From NCBI GenBank assembly GCA_034660555.1, contig JAYEJL010000115.1, forward strand, positions 1-43,193: a DNA stretch of 43,193 bases, written 5' to 3'. The notes beneath the pieces were generated by a model, which was given only the letters and a program-made list of their open reading frames with translations, had not been told where the DNA came from and searched no databases. This document shows positions 1 through 9,435 of the stretch, one piece after another. Position numbers and translations under genes: made by a program. The stretch comes from Thermotogota bacterium (GTDB lineage Bacteria > Thermotogota > Thermotogae > Petrotogales > Kosmotogaceae). Positions within the stretch are counted from its first letter, which is position 1; every line of letters starts with the position of its first letter.

Positions 1-122
1 AGCATCTCCTTTTATACCCCGCTTTCTTTTTTAAGATAATTAAAGCTTAGCAGGGTTTTTGCTCGGGGTGGTCATTTTTTCGTTATCGTTTTTCATTTTT
101 CTGGATAGTTTTATTTTATCGT

Positions 123-254
123 TTACACTAAATAACTTGCTGAACCAGAAACTCCCATCATTGGATTCTGTGCGACAACAGAAAGGGCAGGCAGAAACAA
201 TGCTATAAGAATTGACAATGCTCCGATTAATAAAAAAATCTGACTACTTTTCAT
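123..254 (-). CDS. Small hydrophobic protein, 43 aa (MKSSQIFLLIGALSILIALFLPALSVVAQNPMMGVSGSASYLV)
   Basis: Translated by hand, below ORF-track cutoff. GGAGGG Shine-Dalgarno upstream of ATG at 254, TAA at 123-125. Basic N-terminus plus ~20-aa hydrophobic stretch. Confidence 0.55.
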   Translation of the reverse strand: MKSSQIFLLIGALSILIALFLPALSVVAQNPMMGVSGSASYLV

Positions 255-366
255 TTTTTGACCCTCCATTAATAAAAAACTGATTTTATTGTTTATATCA
301 CGAGAAATTATCTTTTACAAGTTTATAAAAATAAAGCAGAAGTATTTTAACTAAAAAATTACTGCG

Positions 367-403
367 TTATTTCACGTTTATTTCACAAATCATTTTCTAT
401 ACT
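367..403 (+). promoter_or_regulatory. Direct repeat TTATTTCAC x2 over the -35 position with TATACT -10 box; putative response-regulator-activated promoter
   Basis: TTATTTCAC at 367-375 and 378-386 (11-bp period); TATACT at 398-403; no consensus -35. Confidence 0.55.
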
Positions 404-435
404 TAATATGCACACAATTTTTGGAGGTGATTGTA

Positions 436-1173
436 ATGAAGAAAGTAATGTCTACACTGGCGATTGTGTTCCTGGCATCATTGTTACTTATAGGAAATTC
501 ATCAAAAACACCGTTTTCAGATGACTTTAGCGAAATTGCACTTACAGCACAACAAATACGATTTGCGAATTTGCTAAATGAAGTGGAGTTTGATAACGAT
601 CAGTTATTGGAGATTATTTCTCTGGTTGATTCAACTAGAAATGAAATCAAGGCTAACGTTAACAAAGCCAAAGAAATACTAGAAACTTCTCTTGAATTGG
701 CAATAAATGGCCAGCCTAAAGAGTCAAAAGATTTATTGATCAAAGCTTTGAAGCTTAAAACTGAAATCTCTGAAATAACAGATATTTATGTTTATTCATT
801 CAAAAACATCATTACTTTAAATCAAGCAGAAAAATTAGCTGAACTAATTAAAACTAAAGCATTACTTAAAGATCAAATACCAACACTCTCTCAGAAATAC
901 AAAGAAATTCCGTTTTTAGATTCTAAAAATAATATTTCCCAGAAAGATTCATATGCTCCATCTAAAGAGGATTTTCCAGCCTATAAGTCTTTAAAAAATC
1001 CTATAAATAATGTAGAACCCGAAAAGAAAACTGAAATACTGGAAAATATTAAAAAAAGGATACCATTGATCAAACAAAAGATAAGCAAAGAAAATCTATT
1101 TTCAAGAATTAGCTTAATGTTTTTAAAAGACGAAAATATTGAAGTTTTACGTAAAATGATAGTTGCTGAATGA
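436..1173 (+). CDS. Secreted, mostly alpha-helical hypothetical protein (possibly Spy/CpxP-like)
   Basis: GGAGGTG at 423-429 favours ATG 436. Signal peptide MKKVMSTLAIVFLASLLL. LTxxQ-like motifs (LTAQQ, ITLNQAEKL). Confidence 0.75.
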   Translation: MKKVMSTLAIVFLASLLLIGNSSKTPFSDDFSEIALTAQQIRFANLLNEVEFDNDQLLEIISLVDSTRNEIKANVNKAKEILETSLELAINGQPKESKDLLIKALKLKTEISEITDIYVYSFKNIITLNQAEKLAELIKTKALLKDQIPTLSQKYKEIPFLDSKNNISQKDSYAPSKEDFPAYKSLKNPINNVEPEKKTEILENIKKRIPLIKQKISKENLFSRISLMFLKDENIEVLRKMIVAE

Positions 1174-1189
1174 CAATATTTTTTTGTGT

Positions 1190-1222
1190 GATAGAGCTGT
1201 TATTTAACAGCTCTATCTTTTT
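1190..1222 (+). terminator. Intrinsic terminator between convergent genes
   Basis: 12-bp stem GATAGAGCTGTT/AACAGCTCTATC, 4-nt loop, T tract follows. Confidence 0.8.
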
Positions 1223-2493
1223 ATATGAATTTCAAACCTGCTTCCTTTATCTAAACTGCTTTTAAGACATAACTTTGCATTGATTTTATCAGCTAGTTCC
1301 TTAACTATTGCCAGACCCATACCAGCCCCCTCTTCAGTACGAGATTTAGAATTTTTATAAAATTTCTCAAAGATCTTTTTCTGTTCGCTTTCTTCAATTC
1401 CTCTACCATCATCTTGCACAAAGAGGATAACTTTTTCGCTATCAGTTCCAGCTCCAAATGTCACTTCTCCATTTCTATTTGTGAATTTTAGAGCATTTTC
1501 TATCAGGTTTTCCATTATTGTTTGCAATATTTCTCTTGAAGCTTTAAGCATAACTTTTTCGTTACACTTAAACTCAAGTTTAATATTCTTTGTAGCTGCA
1601 TACGATTCAAATTCATATTGAAGATCTTCAAAAAAATCTTTTAGTTTAATGGTCTCAGTATCATATTCGATATTTGACTTCTTAATCCAAATGCTCTTAA
1701 GAAGTTGTTTGATTAGTCTTTCAATTCTATTGATATTCCTGTCAAGAATGTCAACTTTGTTATTTACATCATCAGTTAAAGTATACTTTTTCTTTAATAT
1801 GTCAACAGTTGTACGAAGAACACTTACTGGTGTTTTTAGTTCATGTGAGGTATCATAAGAAAACTGACTAAGTCTTTCGTAACTTTCTTTAACTGGTTTC
1901 AAAACATTACTTGATAAAAAATATCCTATAAACCATCCCCCAACTGCAGAAAGAAACAAAAAGAATATTATTGTGTGCAGAATAAAACCAAACTGCTCAT
2001 TCAAATTGTCGATATCTGATCCAACTCTGAGATATAATAAATTTTCACCTAATGGCCCTTTTACAGGTTTAGTTATTGTTCTAAACGTTTTAATTTCTTC
2101 TCCATCGTTTGATCTGCCTTCAATATTTGCAAAACCCAAATTATTGTTTCCATCATCAAGTAATATTCCAGTTGTGAAAATTGCTTCCCAATTTGTATTC
2201 AATAATTGAATGATGTTCTCACCAAAAAGCAAGAATTCAGTATATTCTTTACTGTTTTCAAGTTCCTCTAAAAATTTTCTACGAACCATTGCAGGCATTT
2301 CCTTAAGTCTAAAATGTATTTTTTCTGCTAAAATAATTAGTCTTCTATCAAAACGATCTATCGCTTGCCTAGTTGAATTAATATATACAACTGCCGAAAT
2401 AGCCATCACTAAAAGAACTATCGAAATAGTAAAATATATAGTCCATTTTAGTCTGGCTCTGGAAAAAGCAGAGTTCATTTTTTTATTACTCAT
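1213..2493 (-). CDS. Sensor histidine kinase (2 TM, HisKA, HATPase)
   Basis: H-box SHELKTP, N-box NLIENALKF, G1 DDGRGI, F-box IFEKFY, G2 GAGMGLAI. Confidence 0.95.
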   Translation of the reverse strand: MSNKKMNSAFSRARLKWTIYFTISIVLLVMAISAVVYINSTRQAIDRFDRRLIILAEKIHFRLKEMPAMVRRKFLEELENSKEYTEFLLFGENIIQLLNTNWEAIFTTGILLDDGNNNLGFANIEGRSNDGEEIKTFRTITKPVKGPLGENLLYLRVGSDIDNLNEQFGFILHTIIFFLFLSAVGGWFIGYFLSSNVLKPVKESYERLSQFSYDTSHELKTPVSVLRTTVDILKKKYTLTDDVNNKVDILDRNINRIERLIKQLLKSIWIKKSNIEYDTETIKLKDFFEDLQYEFESYAATKNIKLEFKCNEKVMLKASREILQTIMENLIENALKFTNRNGEVTFGAGTDSEKVILFVQDDGRGIEESEQKKIFEKFYKNSKSRTEEGAGMGLAIVKELADKINAKLCLKSSLDKGSRFEIHIKR

Positions 2494-3160
2494 GAATTGT
2501 ATACCCTACTCCCCTTATCGTATGAATAAGCTTCTTCTTAAAACCTTTTTCTATTTTCTTCCTGAGATTCTTTATATGAGTTCTTAAAGCATCAGACCAG
2601 AGTAGTTCATTTTCTCCCCAAATATGCTCTTCAAGCTCATTTCTTTCTACAACTCTATTTAAATTCATTATAAGATAACGAAGGATCTGATACTCTTTTT
2701 TTCTCAATTTAATTTCTTTGTTACCCCTAAATACCTTTCTTTTAGATATATCAACTATAAGGTCTGCACACTTAAGTATATCCTTTCCGTTAGAGCTCAT
2801 TGATCTTCTTCTAATAATTGCTCTCACCCTAGCAAGTAATTCTCTTATATCAAAAGGTTTTGCTAGATAATCATCCGCTCCTTGATTAAATCCATAAATC
2901 TTGTCATCCACTTCATCAAGTGCTGTTAACAATAAAACGGGCGTATTTATACCTGATTGTCTAATTTTTTTTAATATTTTCCATCCATTATAAATGGGTA
3001 ACAAGATATCAAGAATTATCAAGTCATAAGGAAAGTTTTCAATATAATACAAGCCTTCCTCACCATCGTTTGCTAATTGAACTGTATACATTTCATCTTC
3101 AAGGGCTTCCTTTATTAAACTTGCAAGATCCTTTTCATCTTCCACCAAAAGAATTTTCAT
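2486..3160 (-). CDS. OmpR/PhoB-family DNA-binding response regulator
   Basis: MKILLVEDE, DLIILDILLP, GADDYLAKPF, C-terminal IHTIRGVGY; overlaps kinase start. Confidence 0.95.
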   Translation of the reverse strand: MKILLVEDEKDLASLIKEALEDEMYTVQLANDGEEGLYYIENFPYDLIILDILLPIYNGWKILKKIRQSGINTPVLLLTALDEVDDKIYGFNQGADDYLAKPFDIRELLARVRAIIRRRSMSSNGKDILKCADLIVDISKRKVFRGNKEIKLRKKEYQILRYLIMNLNRVVERNELEEHIWGENELLWSDALRTHIKNLRKKIEKGFKKKLIHTIRGVGYTIHE

Positions 3161-3307
3161 GAGAATCACCCTAAAGAATTTTTTTATGATAAGAATTCTA
3201 TTCGATTAATCCATTTGTCTAAAAATTATTTTATATATTTCAACCTTTAGACTTATCATATGTTTTTCAGTTTAATAAATATCGTTATAAACATTGATAA
3301 TCAACTT

Positions 3308-4544
3308 TTATGATTTAACCAAACGATGAAATCTTCTGGAAGCAAGAAAAGCAGTTGAAAATGCCGCCTGAAGATTGTAACCGCCAGTTTTTCCATCTAT
3401 ATCAAGAATTTCTCCGGCAAAATATAAACCTTTTACAAGTAAAGATTCCATGGTTTTAGGATTCACCTCATCCAGTAAAATTCCACCAGATGTTATCATG
3501 GCTTTTTCAAATCCATATTTCTTTTTAACTACAAATGATAGCTCACATATGTTTCTGCAGAGTTCCTTACGTTTTTCTTTCGTAAGCTGAGATGCTTTTT
3601 TTCTGGTTGAAATATTATTTGAATCGCATAAGTAACTTGATATACTGTCAGGAATATCCAGCATTTTAATGATATTCTTTATAGATTTTTTTGGATATTT
3701 ATTTGAAAAATCTATTATTCTTTTATCTATTCTTTTATCAGTCTGACCAACATCCATATTTGAAAGATTGATTATGATTTTGTCTCCATCTTTTATATAT
3801 CTTGAAATATTAAGTATTGCCGGGCCAGAAAATCCGTCATGTGTGATCAAAATATCTCCTGTCTCTTTATGTGCTTTATTACCTTTTCTGTCTATACTTA
3901 CAGTTTTTCTATAAAAATTTACGCCAGAATATTTTTTTAAACTATGACTTCTAATCATTAAAGGTGTCAGAGCAGGCTCCGGTGATACTATCGTGTGACC
4001 AAGCTTTGATGCAATTTTATATCCATCGCCCGTTGATCCTGTTTTAGGATAGGATTTACCACCAGTACATAAAATTACATTCTTTGCGTAAATCCGATTA
4101 TCTTCAGTTACGATTATGAATTCATTTTTTGTTTTTTAACATCCAGCATTTTTGTATTTTTAAGTAAAAAATGTTCGTTGAGTCTTATATCATTTAGAAA
4201 ATCTCTCTAACATCAGAAGCATTATGTGATCTAGGATAGACTTTTCCTTCCTCTGTAATACTTACTTCCAATCCTTTACTAGTAAAATACTCAATACAAC
4301 TATGATTATCAAATGCTTTTAATGCAAATTTTAAAAATGGACCTTTTTCTCCAAAGGCTTTTATAAATTCACTTCTGTTATCCATATTGGTAAAAATGCA
4401 TTTTCAAGCACCAGTAAGAAGTAATTTCTTACCTGGAGCAGAATTCTTTTCGATAATTATAGTTTTTAGTTCTTTGCCAATCAAAGCACCAGCAAATAAC
4501 CCGGATGCACCTGCTCCTATAATAGCAATATCAAAGTTATCCAT
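3308..4544 (-). pseudogene. Disrupted HI0933/YhiN (BaiN-like) NAD(P)/FAD-dependent flavoprotein
   Basis: Motifs IIGAGASG, GKKLLLTGA*KC, TGGKSYPKTGSTGDG, ILITHDGFSGPAIL and GGYNLQAAFSTA lie in different frames. In-frame TGA at 4404-4406; frameshifts near 4197 and 4125-4137. Confidence 0.88.
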
Positions 4545-4574
4545 GATGTTATTCAAGCAAAAATTGACTATTTT

Positions 4575-4605
4575 AAAAAAAGGAGACGGTTTTGTCTCCT
4601 TTTTT
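4575..4605 (-). terminator. Intrinsic terminator after tRNA-Ala
   Basis: AGGAGAC-GGTTTT-GTCTCCT flanked by A and T tracts. Confidence 0.85.
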
Positions 4606-4680
4606 GGTGGAGTCGATGGGATTCGAACCCACGACTTTCGCCTTGCGAAGGCGACGCGCTCCCTGCTGCGCTACGACCCC
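4605..4680 (-). tRNA. tRNA-Ala(CGC)
   Basis: GGGGTCGTAGCGCAG...GTTCGAATCCCATCGACTCCACCA; G3:U70 pair; anticodon arm TCGCC-TTCGCAA-GGCGA; encoded CCA. Confidence 0.96.
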
Positions 4681-4689
4681 GTATTTCAC

Positions 4690-4718
4690 ATTATAAACTG
4701 ACTTGACACTAAATTCAA
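4690..4718 (-). promoter_or_regulatory. Sigma70-type promoter of tRNA-Ala
   Basis: TTGAAT-17 bp-TATAAT on the minus strand. Confidence 0.75.
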
Positions 4719-4778
4719 TTGTTGTTATTCTCTGTTTATTATTAAACTGCTTGTTTTAACTTCTCCACAGCTCATTTA

Positions 4779-5945
4779 TTAAAATAATTTATCTTTGAAG
4801 CTAGTTCCGTTTTCAATCGGTTTCAAACCAAAAAGGTCAAGTATTGTTTGTCCCAAATCAGCAAATGTATCTCTTTCTCCCAGATCCACATTTGGCAAAA
4901 CATTCATCCCATATATAAGCAAAGGTACCTTTTCTCTTGAATGATCCGTAGAAGGTGTCGTGGGATCACATCCATGATCTGCTGTAATTATCAATATATC
5001 AACAGATGATAAATTATTCATGATTTCAGGCAATCTTTCATCAAAATTTTCAAGTGCTTCAGCATACCCTTCAGGATTGTTTCTATGACCGTAGCGCATG
5101 TCGAAATCTACTAAATTGGTAAATATCAGTCCATTATCCACCTTTTTCATGTACTCTATCGTTTTGTCCACTCCATCCATGTTGTTCTTCGTCTTCACGT
5201 AATCTGTAATTCCGTGTCCAAGATATATGTCATTAATTTTTCCAACTGCATATACAGGTATACCATTTTCTATTAAATACTCAGATGCAAGTTTTCCCTC
5301 CGGTGCAAGCGAGTAATCATGACGATTTGCAGTTCGCGTATAATTTGGATGATTTCCAACATAAGGCCTTGCTATGACCCTGGCTACTTTATAATTGCTC
5401 TCATTTAATATTCTTCTTGCAATTCCACAGTCCTTATATAATTCTTCAAGAGGTATTACATCTTCATGTGCGGCTATTTGAAAAACGCTGTCAGCTGAAG
5501 TGTAAACAATTAGATCACCAGTTTCTTCCTGTTTTGGTCCCAATTCTTTAATAATTTCTGTCCCTGAAGCTGGTTTGTTTCCAATTACTTTTCTTCCGGT
5601 TTCTTTTTCAAATGGTTCAATAATCTCTGGTGGAAACCCTTCTGGAAAAAAGTCAAAGGGCTTGTCCATGATCAAACCCATAAATTCCCAATGGCCAGTA
5701 GTAGAATCCTTGCCGGTACTTTTTTCAAGCATTTTTCCATAAGCTCCCAGTGCAGATTCAACACTTTCCACACCTGGTATATTCTCAAGTTTTCCGAGTC
5801 CTAAACGAGCAGAATTAGGCATTTTAAGACCACCAACAGATTTTGCTGTATTTACAAGTGTATTTGAACCCTTATCACCAAATTTCTCGGCATCCGGCAT
5901 TTCTCCGATACCAACACTGTCCAGTACAATTAATACAACTCTCAT
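4779..5945 (-). CDS. deoB: Phosphopentomutase
   Basis: RVVLIVLDSVGIG, GKDSTTGHWE, YTSADSVFQIAAHE, NLVDFDMRYGHRNN, TADHGCDPT. Confidence 0.97.
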   Translation of the reverse strand: MRVVLIVLDSVGIGEMPDAEKFGDKGSNTLVNTAKSVGGLKMPNSARLGLGKLENIPGVESVESALGAYGKMLEKSTGKDSTTGHWEFMGLIMDKPFDFFPEGFPPEIIEPFEKETGRKVIGNKPASGTEIIKELGPKQEETGDLIVYTSADSVFQIAAHEDVIPLEELYKDCGIARRILNESNYKVARVIARPYVGNHPNYTRTANRHDYSLAPEGKLASEYLIENGIPVYAVGKINDIYLGHGITDYVKTKNNMDGVDKTIEYMKKVDNGLIFTNLVDFDMRYGHRNNPEGYAEALENFDERLPEIMNNLSSVDILIITADHGCDPTTPSTDHSREKVPLLIYGMNVLPNVDLGERDTFADLGQTILDLFGLKPIENGTSFKDKLF

Positions 5946-5962
5946 TATTTATCAACTCCTAT

Positions 5963-6526
5963 TCAATATTCTGCAAATTCAGACGGAATTGCAAGAAGTT
6001 TACCAAACTTAAAATTAGAAAGATCGCTCGAATTACAAGCCTGCAAAATGTATGCTGTATCCAATCCTTTTCCTGTTCCTCCTGCACTTATAATCCACTT
6101 GTTAACAGGTACGAGTCCGGCATCTGCTGCCATTATTGCAATTTCTATAGCAACTTTTGTTCCTTCACCAAATAGTCTGAGCGCTTCTGCAAGTATCTGT
6201 GGAGGGTAAACTCCCTGTTTTGTTTTATAAAAATATCCTTCTATCCCCCTGAATAAATGTGTTGTAGTTAGGATTTTGTGCTGTGTATTTTTGTATTCCT
6301 CTCTAACTTCATCATTAAATTCGTCTCCGCCTGTTTCTTTAAAACCAACTGAATGAGTCACGATTACAATGTCTAGTCCATCAGGAACCATATTCAATGC
6401 TTTTTTAGCAACTATTCCTCTGGTTGACGGTAGGACTACTTTAGTGATTTTATTTTTCTTAGCTTCATTAAAAACAATTTCTAAAACCCGTTCTGTATTC
6501 TTTTCTCCACTATCATTAAAGTACAT
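5963..6526 (-). CDS. Stand-alone pyruvate kinase C-terminal (PK_C)-like protein, COG1751/MTH1675 type
   Basis: YFxxxGxxNTE start, VVLPSTRG, VTHSVGF, LRLFGEGTKVAIEIAIMAADAG, GGTGKGLDTA. Confidence 0.85.
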   Translation of the reverse strand: MYFNDSGEKNTERVLEIVFNEAKKNKITKVVLPSTRGIVAKKALNMVPDGLDIVIVTHSVGFKETGGDEFNDEVREEYKNTQHKILTTTHLFRGIEGYFYKTKQGVYPPQILAEALRLFGEGTKVAIEIAIMAADAGLVPVNKWIISAGGTGKGLDTAYILQACNSSDLSNFKFGKLLAIPSEFAEY

Positions 6527-6570
6527 TTTACCCCTCCTGGTAATATTTTCTTATGTTAACCTTACTTTTT

Positions 6571-6598
6571 AAAAAACAAGGCTTTATTTAGAAGCCCT
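6571..6598 (-). terminator. Weak intrinsic terminator
   Basis: Minus strand AGGGCTT-7 nt-AAGCCTT followed by GTTTTTT. Confidence 0.5.
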
Positions 6599-6609
6599 AT
6601 TATAATAGC

Positions 6610-7929
6610 TTACATTTCTGGAAGTCCTTTAAAATCTGTATCAAACATTATATTATAGTCGAATCCATCAGCCCCTGGGTTGTACTCCATATTGAAACGA
6701 GCAACAGTATCCAATGCCAGAGGATAAATAATTCCAAGACTCAACCTGGTATTCTTATTGAACAATCCATTATTCCAATCTTCAGAGAAGGTTTTTTCAA
6801 AGTCGAAGTTGTTTTGATAGTAATTACCCTCTATAAAAAATTCCGGTGCGCTAAAGTCTCCCAAATTAACCTCAGGAATTCTCACTCTCAAATATCCTTC
6901 TAGAAGTGGTGAGTAATGAGAAATATGCTGATACCACTCAAGATTTGCCTGAAGGATAACGTATTTTCCAAGAGAAAAATGTCCTTTTAAGAACCAACCA
7001 AAACCCGAATCACTATCAGCTCTTAATGCCGGTAACTTTATGTCCTTATCATCATGGTATATCATCATAAACTTTTTATATTCGTAGTCAAAATCAAAGT
7101 AACCCGGTATAAAATCTTTGTAATGCCATAATCCGCCACCTTTAAACCAAATCATATCCAGTATAGAAAGTCTTCCTCCAAGTCCTATAGACATACCGTA
7201 ATGATCAAATTTTCTTGTTGACAAACCAGCAAATTCAAGAGAAGGAGCCAATCTAAATAACTTCCAATCAAATGCACGGAAATCAACTGAAGTTTTTAAT
7301 CCAACAACTGGGTATTTGTACTCATTGTCTGTTGCATCACTCGTTGGTTTTTTTACTTCATTTATTGTGCTATTGCTTTCCCATACAACTGTTGAGTCAA
7401 AATGAATATTATAAGGCAATTCCCACAAAATTCCTCCCCACCAAAGTGAGGAAGTTTTTTTGTATCCAAGAGGAACGAAGGAAGTTATTTCAAAAGGTAT
7501 GTGAATAGAAATCCCCGGGTTAAATAAGAGCAATTTAGCATCAAAGGCATAAGCGTCATATTTTGTATATGAATCGAGCAACAAACCTATACCCTTTGAA
7601 TAAAAACCCATATCACCATATCTTATGTCCATGACGTTGTTATGCAAACGTATTTCATAAAGAGTTAATCCATTGATTATATTTGTTGACGGGGTAGCAG
7701 AGGGATTGGGTTTACCAAAATACACTGGACCGGCAATTTCTGTTTGATATGCGCTAAATCCGATATCCAAATCCAGTCCAGGAACCACCTCTTCTATTGG
7801 ATAATGAAGACCATATACAAAATAACTATCTGTTCCAAGGGTTTTAGTTCCAAATTCCACCTCAGGACCAAAAGCAAAATATATTGAAGATAACAACACA
7901 AGCAAAATTAGAATTATCGTTCTTTTCAT
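6610..7929 (-). CDS. Secreted beta-rich hypothetical protein (possible outer-envelope beta-barrel)
   Basis: GGAGGTG RBS, signal peptide, Gly/aromatic-rich alternating segments. Confidence 0.8.
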   Translation of the reverse strand: MKRTIILILLVLLSSIYFAFGPEVEFGTKTLGTDSYFVYGLHYPIEEVVPGLDLDIGFSAYQTEIAGPVYFGKPNPSATPSTNIINGLTLYEIRLHNNVMDIRYGDMGFYSKGIGLLLDSYTKYDAYAFDAKLLLFNPGISIHIPFEITSFVPLGYKKTSSLWWGGILWELPYNIHFDSTVVWESNSTINEVKKPTSDATDNEYKYPVVGLKTSVDFRAFDWKLFRLAPSLEFAGLSTRKFDHYGMSIGLGGRLSILDMIWFKGGGLWHYKDFIPGYFDFDYEYKKFMMIYHDDKDIKLPALRADSDSGFGWFLKGHFSLGKYVILQANLEWYQHISHYSPLLEGYLRVRIPEVNLGDFSAPEFFIEGNYYQNNFDFEKTFSEDWNNGLFNKNTRLSLGIIYPLALDTVARFNMEYNPGADGFDYNIMFDTDFKGLPEM

Positions 7930-7977
7930 TTCTTCACCTCCAGAGCTTTATTAAATAAAATTTTTTAGCAAATTATG

Positions 7978-9150
7978 CTATAAACTATTTATAGCTTTTT
8001 CAATCCTTTCAAGTCCATCTTTTAGAAGTATTTTAGGACACCCGAAATTCAGGCGTTGAAAACCTTCTCCTTCTTTTCCAAAATCAGGACCGTCATTCAA
8101 ACCTACCCTGCCTTTTTCGACTAACAGATTTTTTATTGTATCATTAGGTAACCCCAGCTTCCTGAAATCAAGCCATGCCAGATATGTTCCTTCTGGTTTA
8201 GTAAATTCCACTTCAGGAAGCCTTTGTTCAATAAAATTCTCTATATATTTAATATTACCACTTAAATAGTTTAATAAGCTATCAAGCCATTGTTCACCAA
8301 ATCTATAAGCTGCTTCAGCAGCAACAATTCCAAAAATATTTGTCATCCACAGTGAATTTTTCTTTATATATTTTTCAAATTCTTTTCTCAAGGATTTGTT
8401 TTTAATTATCACAAATGAGGTTTCCAGTCCAGCGAGATTGAATGTTTTACTGGGTGCCATGCAAACAATACTAAAGTCATCAAAAACATTATTTACATTC
8501 AAAAAAGGAGTATGTTTGTTTGGTTTATAAACAATATCAGCATGTATTTCATCAGAAATAACAATTAGGTTATGCTTCTTAGCGAAAAATCCCAATTGCT
8601 CAAGTTCATCTTTATTCCACACTCGTCCAACTGGGTTGTGCGGACTGCATAAAATAAGCATTTTTGCTCCATTGATCACCTTACTTCTCAAATCATCAAA
8701 ATCAATTCTATATTTACCTTCACTAATTTTCAGAGGGTTTTTAATGAGCTTCCTGTCATTGTTTTCTACAGCTCCAAAAAATGGCTTGTAAACAGGTGGT
8801 TGAATGATTACACCATCTCCAGGATTAGTGTAAGCTTGGATCGCAAGAACAATAGCAGGTACAACTCCAGGAGTAAAAAGAATCCATTCTTTTTCTACTT
8901 CCCAATTGAATCGTTTATCTAACCATTCTATTATTGATTCATATAATGAATTGGGTCTTGCAGTGTAACCGAAAACTCCGTGTTTTGCTCTTTCCTCAAT
9001 AGCTTTTATAACCTCTTCTGGTGATTTAAAATCCATATCTGCTACCCACATTGGTAATATCTCTGATTTTCCAAATATTTCTTCCGTAAAATCCCATTTA
9101 AAACAATTTGTCCCTACTCTTTCTATGACACTATCAAAATCATGTTTCAT
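7978..9150 (-). CDS. patB: MalY/PatB-family PLP enzyme (cystathionine beta-lyase / C-S lyase)
   Basis: KWD, PMWVADMDF, CSPHNPVGRVW, SDEIHAD, APSKTFNLAG, EGTYLAWLD. Confidence 0.93.
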   Translation of the reverse strand: MKHDFDSVIERVGTNCFKWDFTEEIFGKSEILPMWVADMDFKSPEEVIKAIEERAKHGVFGYTARPNSLYESIIEWLDKRFNWEVEKEWILFTPGVVPAIVLAIQAYTNPGDGVIIQPPVYKPFFGAVENNDRKLIKNPLKISEGKYRIDFDDLRSKVINGAKMLILCSPHNPVGRVWNKDELEQLGFFAKKHNLIVISDEIHADIVYKPNKHTPFLNVNNVFDDFSIVCMAPSKTFNLAGLETSFVIIKNKSLRKEFEKYIKKNSLWMTNIFGIVAAEAAYRFGEQWLDSLLNYLSGNIKYIENFIEQRLPEVEFTKPEGTYLAWLDFRKLGLPNDTIKNLLVEKGRVGLNDGPDFGKEGEGFQRLNFGCPKILLKDGLERIEKAINSL

Positions 9151-9245
9151 TTCTTTATCCTCCTAACAATACCTTTTATTCATATTTTATCGTGGCAATA
9201 CAATAAAAACAATTAGAAAATATCGTATTTGTCATTCAATATAAC

Positions 9246-9332
9246 TTTCGATACTTTATTTTTTCTTTTACTTCATCGTATTATCGAAACTTTTCGAAAG
9301 ATATTTCGAAATTATTCATAAGAGTTACGAAA
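9246..9332 (+). promoter_or_regulatory. Cluster of TCGAAA / TTTCGAAA motifs, putative DeoR-family operator array
   Basis: TCGAAA at 9284, 9294 and 9306, ACGAAA at 9327, TCGATA at 9248; palindromic TTTCGAAA at 9292-9299 and 9304-9311. Confidence 0.5.
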
Positions 9333-9435
9333 GACTCACTAAACACAAATAATTGAACTTAATCAAGAATAAACGTTGCTATTCATTTTTGGTAATGCTA
9401 TTAATCGAATGATAAACTAATTTCGGAGGCTTATT

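Noticed and set aside
4404..4406. TGA recoding (selenocysteine or genetic code 4/25)
   Set aside because: The position is a conserved Gly, the gene has other lesions, and TGA is a normal stop for many genes here.
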